The notes under the pieces were generated by a model. That model did not search any database, was not told where the DNA came from, and was given only the letters and a program-made list of their open reading frames with translations. Source: Candidatus Gastranaerophilales bacterium (GTDB taxonomy: Bacteria; Cyanobacteriota; Vampirovibrionia; Gastranaerophilales; Gastranaerophilaceae). Taken from it: a stretch of DNA of 64,000 nt. The position numbers and the translations under genes were made by a program. Where the stretch lies: NCBI GenBank assembly GCA_944325635.1, contig CALVBD010000005.1, positions 60,388 to 124,387 on the forward strand, in the 5' to 3' direction. Below are positions 57,649 through 64,000 of this stretch, one piece after another. Numbering within the stretch: position 1 is the stretch's first letter; each line of letters opens with the position of its first letter.

Positions 57649-59439
57649 TTATTCAAAAGTTTTGAATGTAGATTCAATGTTCTTATCAATAACTTTCTTG
57701 ACTGCTTCCATTTCAGTTTGCAGCGCTTCCTGTTCTGTATCAAGCTGACGTAGTCTCAATTCAAGAGTACGGTCTTCCTGTTGAATTCTTTCTGTTCTTG
57801 CGTTAATATCCTGAATTGCTTTTTCGTAAACCTGCATATCATAGTTATACTGGTTCATTGCATCCTGATAAGCGTCCTGATCAGTTTCGGTTTCAGTATT
57901 CAGATAGTACGTAACCGAAGAATCCTGATAACGGATTGTTTGAGGACGACCTTGCTCATCAAGGTCTACCATTGCCTTTTCAGTTCTTTCAATTTTTTCT
58001 TCTACATTTTTGGCAACATAGTAGGTTAATTTATCTTGATTTTCTGTTGGCAAAGATTGATCAGGACCGCTGATTGCAGAACTTGTCAAATCTTTTGCAC
58101 AGGCAAATCTTGTCTCACCCTGCCATTCCCAAGTATAAATATCTTCAGGATCTGCAAGTGCAAAATCTGAATCCGGCCAATCTTTAAGAATTTGTTCATA
58201 TGCTGTTTTCATTTCAGGATCTGTCGGGTCATATTTTGTGAGTTCACAGTTTCCAACATAGGTCGGAACACCGGATTCTACATAATAATCATACGGATCA
58301 CCTGCAGTTTCATCTGCCAGAGCTGAAAGTGATGTAAAGTGCATTACTCCGTCTTCATCTGTATAACAGCCTAAATCATCGAAATCTTTGCTGATTGAAG
58401 GATAATCCTCAACCAATTTATCATAAACCTTTTTCTGTTCAAGGTTAGTCGGATCATACTTGCTGACCTTATTACCATTGACAGTATAAGTCAGATTACC
58501 GGTAGGTTCTGTTGTCACAATATCTGTACGCGCAGTCGTCTGTTCTGTAATTGTATCAGTATTAGGATCAATATATCTGTCTTTTATATTACCTGTACCC
58601 TGTAATTCTGTCTGTGAGACAAAGTGAAGGTTACCGTCTGCGTCTGTGTATGTCATTGCATCAGCTTCTGTCATGTCAGGATATTGTGCAGCTAATCTAT
58701 CATAAGCCGCTTTTTGTGTAGGATCCGCAGCATCATAGGCGTTTACATTAAAGCCGTTAACGGTGTATGCTCCTGCACCGGTATCCACAACATTAGCCCT
58801 GTCAACGGTTGCTTCAGAAGCCGTACCAGTCTGCATAAATCTGTCTTTTACATCACCGGTTCCATCCAATTCAGTTCTTGATACGAAGTGAAGATTTCCA
58901 TCTGCGTCAGTATAAGTCATCATATCATCTTCCTGCATATCAGGATATTGAACTGAAAGCTGGTCAAACACATTTTTCTGATTTGCATCAGCCGGATCGT
59001 AAGTCGTTACATTATAGCCGTTAACCGTAAATGTAGGCTGTTCTACAGTATCAATTTCATCTCTTGAAATAGAATCTTTTGTAGAAACATCATCTTGAAC
59101 AACCTGCGGATTAGACAATTTATTCTGAACACCTTGGTAAATATCTGCGAAATGAAAGTGAGTAACGAGATAATTATAACCATCAGGATCATTTTGGAGT
59201 TCTGTCATGCTGGAAATTTCTTCAGCCTCAGTTCCATCGGTATAAGTATATTTCAATTCTGTATAATCCTGAGTACTAGGGGCAGTCGGTACTTCAAGCG
59301 CTAATAAATCATTAAACGTATTTGCACTCTGATTTGCCAGTGCAGTACGTGCCTGGTTAATCTGTTGTCCTTCATACTCTACGTTAGTTTTTCTTGCGGT
59401 CAGTGCCAAATATCTCGCCTGTGAAGCTGCCATTCCCAT
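57649..59439 (-). CDS. Hypothetical protein with conserved helical termini and four internal tandem repeats
   Basis: 596 aa; SD gaggagag. N-terminal helix AASQARYLALTARKTNVEYEGQQINQARTAL, C-terminal coiled coil ...LRQLDTEQEALQTEMEAVKKVIDKNIESTF. Four ~75-93-aa repeats (YTVNG..V..YD...K..YD.L...YPD...TYTDADGNLHF). Confidence 0.8.
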   Translation of the reverse strand: MGMAASQARYLALTARKTNVEYEGQQINQARTALANQSANTFNDLLALEVPTAPSTQDYTELKYTYTDGTEAEEISSMTELQNDPDGYNYLVTHFHFADIYQGVQNKLSNPQVVQDDVSTKDSISRDEIDTVEQPTFTVNGYNVTTYDPADANQKNVFDQLSVQYPDMQEDDMMTYTDADGNLHFVSRTELDGTGDVKDRFMQTGTASEATVDRANVVDTGAGAYTVNGFNVNAYDAADPTQKAAYDRLAAQYPDMTEADAMTYTDADGNLHFVSQTELQGTGNIKDRYIDPNTDTITEQTTARTDIVTTEPTGNLTYTVNGNKVSKYDPTNLEQKKVYDKLVEDYPSISKDFDDLGCYTDEDGVMHFTSLSALADETAGDPYDYYVESGVPTYVGNCELTKYDPTDPEMKTAYEQILKDWPDSDFALADPEDIYTWEWQGETRFACAKDLTSSAISGPDQSLPTENQDKLTYYVAKNVEEKIERTEKAMVDLDEQGRPQTIRYQDSSVTYYLNTETETDQDAYQDAMNQYNYDMQVYEKAIQDINARTERIQQEDRTLELRLRQLDTEQEALQTEMEAVKKVIDKNIESTFKTFE

Positions 59440-59624
59440 AAGCTGCTCTCCTCTACATTGTCTAAATTGTCTACTACTACATTTCTTTTTTTAATTATGT
59501 TTTTCAAAAAGTCAACATAACTACAATAAATTATACGGCAATATGAAGAAATTTATACAGCATAATCCGTAAAAATCCTACAAATGAATTAGAAAATTTC
59601 AAAAATTCATTAATTCAACCGACA

Positions 59625-59653
59625 AAAAAGACCGCCCCACGAGCGGTCTTTTT
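59625..59653 (-). terminator. Rho-independent terminator after rpsA
   Basis: Stem aaaaagaccgc/gcggtcttttt; on the minus strand it is followed by a T-run. Confidence 0.85.
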
Positions 59654-59669
59654 AATATTATTTACTCCA

Positions 59670-60758
59670 TTATTCTGCAGGTTGTTCTTCTTCCGGGTGA
59701 GGCTCTGTTACTGATAATGCAATACGTTTATCTGTCGGGTTAAACTTCATAATGTAAGTCATAACCTTGTCGCCCACCTGCAAGATGTTTCCGTCTCTGT
59801 TTTGAAGTTCTACAACCTCATTATGAGGAAGAAGGGCTTCTACGCCGGGGAATACTTCAACAAATGCACCGAAGTGCTTAATTCTGGTGATTGTACCTTC
59901 AACTTTGTCGCCTTCTTTAATTTGTTTTTCAGCCTCTAACCAAGGATCAGGCTCAAGGTTTTTCAAACTTAAAGAAACACGCTGTTTGTCGTGGTCAACC
60001 GCAATAACTTCAACGTCAATTTTGTCGCCGACATTCAAAATATCTGTCGGGTGGTCAATCCATCTCCACGAAAGTTGGGACAACGGAAGAAGCCCGTCAA
60101 TTCCGCCAAGGTCAACGAATGCACCAAAATCAGTAATTCTGACAACATCACCCTTTACGATTTGACCCGGCTCAATTTGGGCAAATACATTTTTTCTTGC
60201 TTCAACTGCGCTGTCTTCATAAACTTTCTTATTAGATAGGATAAAGTTATTCTGCTGGCTGTCAAGAGTCAAGATTTTTAATTCAATCTTAGAGCCTACT
60301 TCCAGATCAGTTTCCTTTGTTCTCAACTGAGAAGAAGGAACGAAACCTCTAACGCCTGAAATTTCGACTAAAATACCGCCCTTAACGATTCCGGCAATAG
60401 TACCGAGAATAGTTTCATCAGCGGCTTTTGCTTTTTCAAGCTCTTTCCATGCGTAAGCAAAATCAACTTTTTTACGGGAGAGAAGGAATTTTCCATCCTC
60501 ATCTTCTTCTCTTATAATAAGGAATTCATATTCCTTGCCTTTTTCAAATTTATCTTCAACTTTTTCATCTTTTTCAACAGCCTCGCGGGTCGGAACTATT
60601 GCGATGGTTTTTGCACCGATATCAACCATTACGCCGTGACTGTCATAGCCGCATACTATACCTTTTACAAGGTCGCCTTTTTGAAACTTGTAATCATATT
60701 GTTTCAGCAATTCTTCAAAATCTAATTCACTTGATGTCATCTTTACTCCATTGTCCAA
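59670..60758 (-). CDS. rpsA: 30S ribosomal protein S1 (four S1 domains)
   Basis: 362 aa with four repeated S1 OB-fold units (G.IV.G.V..I...GA.V..G...GL.P.S). Confidence 0.95.
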   Translation of the reverse strand: MDNGVKMTSSELDFEELLKQYDYKFQKGDLVKGIVCGYDSHGVMVDIGAKTIAIVPTREAVEKDEKVEDKFEKGKEYEFLIIREEDEDGKFLLSRKKVDFAYAWKELEKAKAADETILGTIAGIVKGGILVEISGVRGFVPSSQLRTKETDLEVGSKIELKILTLDSQQNNFILSNKKVYEDSAVEARKNVFAQIEPGQIVKGDVVRITDFGAFVDLGGIDGLLPLSQLSWRWIDHPTDILNVGDKIDVEVIAVDHDKQRVSLSLKNLEPDPWLEAEKQIKEGDKVEGTITRIKHFGAFVEVFPGVEALLPHNEVVELQNRDGNILQVGDKVMTYIMKFNPTDKRIALSVTEPHPEEEQPAE

Positions 60759-60904
60759 AAGACATTACCTATTAACTTTGCTACTATTTTAGCAGACGAA
60801 AGTCAATATGTAAAGGTTTTTTAAGCTTACTTAACAAATTTTTACAGCACAATACAGGCATATCCTCTGAACATGCCTGTTATTTATGCGTTTTTGTTAT
60901 TTAA

Positions 60905-63589
60905 TTAGGATTTCAATGAAGCAATTAGCTCATTGATTGCGCTCTCCTGAATTTCGATTTCGGCAATTCTTTCTTTTGTTTGCTGAATTAATTCACTCGG
61001 GGCATTTGCGACAAATTTAGGGTTGTTAATTCTTCCCTGGAGGGATTTTTTCTCCCCTGTTAATTTGTCGAGTTTCTTTTGCTGGCGCTTGATTTCTTCA
61101 TTAAAATCAATCAGATTTTCCAGCGAAAGTACTATTTTTGAGGCAGACACAACTGCTGTTGCCGTTTTTTGCGGAACAGGAGCGTTCGAGTCTGCATAAG
61201 TTATATTTTCTACTTTTGCGAGTCGTTTAATATAAGACTCAATCGCTTTGAATATTGGTTTTTCATCTTCTGCGGCACGGATTTCAATATCTATCTTTAA
61301 TGAGGTTGAGATATTGAAGCTCTGTCTTACGTTACGTAGAGATTTAATGGTTTCGAAAACCAGTTCCATTTCTTTAGCTTCCTGCGGGAATGAAAGTTTT
61401 TCATCATACACAGGGAATTGAGCCACGATAATCGCAGGGAAAAATCCCTCCACCGCAGCTGCGGTCCCCCTCCCTTTACAAGGGAGGTCAGGGATTAACT
61501 GCCATACACGTTCCGTAATATGCGGCATTATCGGATGAAGCATTCTTAATGACATATCAAGAACGTATCTGAGCACTCTTTGTGTATTAAGCTTCAAATC
61601 TGCATCCTGAAGTTGGATTTTCGCGATTTCAACATACCAGTCGCAGTATGAATTCCAGAAGAAATCGTAGAGAATATGTGCAACTTCACCTATTCTGAAT
61701 TCTTTAATATTCTCATTAACTTCTTTTGCAGTTGAATTTAATTTATCTAAAATCCACTTGTCGGCGATAGTAAGATTATCAAAATCAATATCCTTGTTAT
61801 CAACGCCTTCAAGGTTCATGAGAACAAATCTTGAAGCGTTCCAGATTTTATTGGCAAAATTTCTGCCGTATTCAAATCTTTCCTCACTCATTTTGATATC
61901 CTGACCGCCATAAGTACAAAGCGATGTCATTGTAAATCTCAAAGCGTCACAGCCGTACTGGTCAATAATTTTAACTGGGTCAATTGTATTGCCTTTTGAT
62001 TTAGACATTTTCTGACCTTTTTCATCCCTGATTAACCCGTGGATATAAACGGTTGAGAAAGGAGCTTTTCCCGTAAATTCCAATCCCATTGTAATCATTC
62101 TTGCAACCCAGAAGAAAATAATATCAAAGCCGGTTACAAGGGTAGTTGTCGGATAGAATTTTTTAAAATCAGGGCTTTCAGTATTTGGCCAGCCCATAGT
62201 TGAGAAAGGCCACAAACCCGATGAGAACCAAGTATCAAGTACATCAGGATCCTGCGTATAATTTTCAGGATCAGGATTTTCTCTTGCAACAACCATTTCG
62301 CCAGTTTTATTGTGGTAATATGCAGGGATTTGATGCCCCCACCAGAGCTGGCGTGAGATACACCAGTCGCGGATATTTTCCATCCAGCCGAGGTAATTTT
62401 TCTCCCATCTTTCAGGTACAAACTTAATTCTGCCGTCTTTAACCGCTGCAATAGCTTCTTTTGCAAGCGGAGCCATTTTTACGAACCACTGTTCGGAAAG
62501 AAGCGGTTCAATTGTTGTTCCGCAGCGCTGGCATTTGCCGACATTGTGTTCGTGGTCGCGGGTTCTTAATAAGAAATTATTATAAGAAAGCATTCCGATG
62601 ATTTTTTCTCTTGCTTCATAGCGATCTAACCCGTGGAGTTCAGGCGGAACTTCGCCGCAAGCCTTCATTTTACCTTCGCCGTCGATAACCCAGATAGGTT
62701 TTAAGTTGTGGCGTTTGCCTACTTCAAAGTCGTTCGGATCGTGAGCAGGGGTAATTTTTACAGCGCCGGTGCCGAAATTTCTGTCAACATATTCATCCGC
62801 AATAATAGGAATTTCTCTTCCGGAAAGCGGGATTATAACAGTTTTACCGACAAGTTCTGAATATTTGTGATCATCAGGATGAACGGCAATTGCAACGTCA
62901 CCGAAAATAGTTTCCGGACGTGTTGTTGCAACTATAATTGCACCTGATTCGCCTTTAACAGGATAAGAGATTTCCCACATATGCCCCTGTTCGGTTGCGT
63001 ATTCAGTTTCAACATCGGAAATCGCTGATTGACAGCGAGGGCACCAGTTTACAATATATTTTCCTTTATAAATCAAACCTTTTTCGTAAAGTCGAACAAA
63101 AACCTCTTTAACAGCTTCTGAGCAGCCTTTGTCAAAGGTAAATCTTTCTCTTGTACGGTCAAAAGAAGCACCTAAACGTTTACACTGGTCAAGGATTGCT
63201 GATTTATGTTCATTAGCCCACGCCCATGTTTCTTCAAGGAATTTTTCTCTGCCTAAATCATAGCGAGAGAGTCCTTTTTCTCTAAGTTTTTTTTCAACAA
63301 CGTTTTGAGTTGCAATACCTGCATGGTCAGTACCCGGAAGCCACAGTGTTTCATAACCGCTCATTCTGTGGTAGCGGGTTAAAATATCCTGCAAAGTTTC
63401 ATCAAGAGCGTGCCCCATGTGGAGAACACCCGTAACATTCGGCGGCGGAATTACAATAGAAAAAGGTGGCTTGTCGCTATTTGCGTTTGCCGTAAAATAT
63501 CCGCCCTCTTCCCAAAACTTATAAATACTAGCTTCTGTATCTTTTGCATCATAAACCGTAGGTAAATCTTCTATTTTTAACGCTGTCAT
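60905..63589 (-). CDS. valS: Valine--tRNA ligase
   Basis: 894 aa; HIGH region PPNVTGVLHMGHA, KMSKS motif, CP1 editing domain, C-terminal coiled coil. Confidence 0.97.
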   Translation of the reverse strand: MTALKIEDLPTVYDAKDTEASIYKFWEEGGYFTANANSDKPPFSIVIPPPNVTGVLHMGHALDETLQDILTRYHRMSGYETLWLPGTDHAGIATQNVVEKKLREKGLSRYDLGREKFLEETWAWANEHKSAILDQCKRLGASFDRTRERFTFDKGCSEAVKEVFVRLYEKGLIYKGKYIVNWCPRCQSAISDVETEYATEQGHMWEISYPVKGESGAIIVATTRPETIFGDVAIAVHPDDHKYSELVGKTVIIPLSGREIPIIADEYVDRNFGTGAVKITPAHDPNDFEVGKRHNLKPIWVIDGEGKMKACGEVPPELHGLDRYEAREKIIGMLSYNNFLLRTRDHEHNVGKCQRCGTTIEPLLSEQWFVKMAPLAKEAIAAVKDGRIKFVPERWEKNYLGWMENIRDWCISRQLWWGHQIPAYYHNKTGEMVVARENPDPENYTQDPDVLDTWFSSGLWPFSTMGWPNTESPDFKKFYPTTTLVTGFDIIFFWVARMITMGLEFTGKAPFSTVYIHGLIRDEKGQKMSKSKGNTIDPVKIIDQYGCDALRFTMTSLCTYGGQDIKMSEERFEYGRNFANKIWNASRFVLMNLEGVDNKDIDFDNLTIADKWILDKLNSTAKEVNENIKEFRIGEVAHILYDFFWNSYCDWYVEIAKIQLQDADLKLNTQRVLRYVLDMSLRMLHPIMPHITERVWQLIPDLPCKGRGTAAAVEGFFPAIIVAQFPVYDEKLSFPQEAKEMELVFETIKSLRNVRQSFNISTSLKIDIEIRAAEDEKPIFKAIESYIKRLAKVENITYADSNAPVPQKTATAVVSASKIVLSLENLIDFNEEIKRQQKKLDKLTGEKKSLQGRINNPKFVANAPSELIQQTKERIAEIEIQESAINELIASLKS
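61444..61497. repeat. Module X palindromic element inserted in frame within valS
   Basis: atccctccaccgcagctgcggtccccctccctttacaagggaggtcagggatt has the same architecture as 33420-33463 and 30353-30398. Translates as DLPCKGRGTAAAVEGFFP between the conserved ...HITERVWQLIP and AIIVAQFPVYD. Confidence 0.75.
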
Positions 63590-63818
63590 ATAAAAAATCC
63601 CTCTTATTTTTATCGTATAATTTTACGATAACACAAAAAAAAGAGAGCGTAAATAATTCCGTAAAAATAGAATGATTCTGTACCATAATGGGGGTAATTT
63701 TCTCATCCATATTGGAAAATCAACCTTCTGTTACAATTGGAGAAGGAATATTCTTTTCTCCATCCTGTAAGGGGGGGGGATTGAGGAGAGATTGTGACTT
63801 GAGTGAAAACGTTTATAC

Positions 63819-63856
63819 TTTAGCGTCGTTGCGGGCTGCTCCCCGCAATCGCAAAG
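63819..63856. repeat. Hairpin repeat tttagcgtcgttgcgggctgctccccgcaatcgcaaag
   Basis: Same family as 30399-30436 (shared ttagcgtc.ttgc...cgcaatcgca). Confidence 0.75.
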
Positions 63857-63882
63857 CAACGGAATATTACTATTGTATATTT

Positions 63883-63914
63883 ACGTCATCCCGGGCTACG
63901 ACCCGGGATCGCAT
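63883..63914. repeat. Hairpin repeat acgtcatcccgggctacgacccgggatcgcat
   Basis: Perfect 8-bp stem atcccggg/cccgggat with loop ctacga, the same loop as in 30399-30436. Confidence 0.75.
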
Positions 63915-63936
63915 AATTGTTACATCCGACGGAAAT

Positions 63937-63960
63937 GCAATTCCGCATAGCTTGAAAAAC
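63937..63960. repeat. 24-nt repeat motif gcaattccgcatagcttgaaaaac
   Basis: Near-identical to 9074-9097. Confidence 0.6.
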
Positions 63961-64000
63961 TTGATTTCAGCTGATGCTTCAATCAGTTTTGCTAAGCTTT

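Noticed and set aside
59531-59555. Sigma-28 (FliA) type promoter upstream of the 596-aa gene (taaa ... gccgtataa on the minus strand)
   Set aside because: The -10-like gccgtataa resembles GCCGATAA, but the spacer to TAAA is 12 nt rather than about 15. A chance match is likely in AT-rich DNA.

Overview
AT-rich, gene-dense 64-kb chromosomal window from a diderm, probably anaerobic bacterium. Envelope genes are LptA/LptC-like, TolC-family and TamB/AsmA-like. Rubredoxin, three rubrerythrins and a flavodiiron protein sit next to a Fur/PerR-family regulator. The lineage cannot be fixed from sequence alone. Most of the window is housekeeping: yggT-trkA-trkH; a TolC/MacA/MacB-type efflux operon; a minus-strand block lptC-lptA-TPR-dprA-topA-aroE; dapA; secD-secF; ssb/DUF1537 kinase/pdxA; thrS; an FkbM-type methyltransferase; a tandem M16 peptidase; aroQ; a PAS histidine kinase plus MalK-like ATPase; dCMP deaminase; an AICARFT-only purH; rpsA; valS. 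I saw no rRNA, tRNA, CRISPR array, transposase or integrase. Items worth a second look: (1) An uncharacterised operon (55857-59439) encodes two paralogous helical-hairpin proteins, one carrying four inserted tandem domains, plus a Gly/Ser/Ala-rich protein. The layout resembles a filament subunit, but I see no flagellin or pilin signatures. (2) About 3 kb away lies a flagellar export cluster, fliE-fliF-(FliG-N-like)-fliH-flhA, with no fliI/fliJ and no canonical fliG. (3) Two copies of a large (about 0.55 and 0.8 kb) ORF-free intergenic element (19414-19961, 33127-33921) share ordered modules, nested long-range helices and at least two compensatory base-pair changes. This is a candidate structured RNA or non-autonomous mobile element. 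(4) Two paralogous type IV pilin-like genes each have the reading frame broken at a G11 tract nine codons after a strong SD/ATG, which suggests phase variation. (5) A family of small palindromic elements includes one copy inserted in frame inside valS. (6) A 125-bp tandem duplication at the aroE 3' end diverges almost only at synonymous sites.
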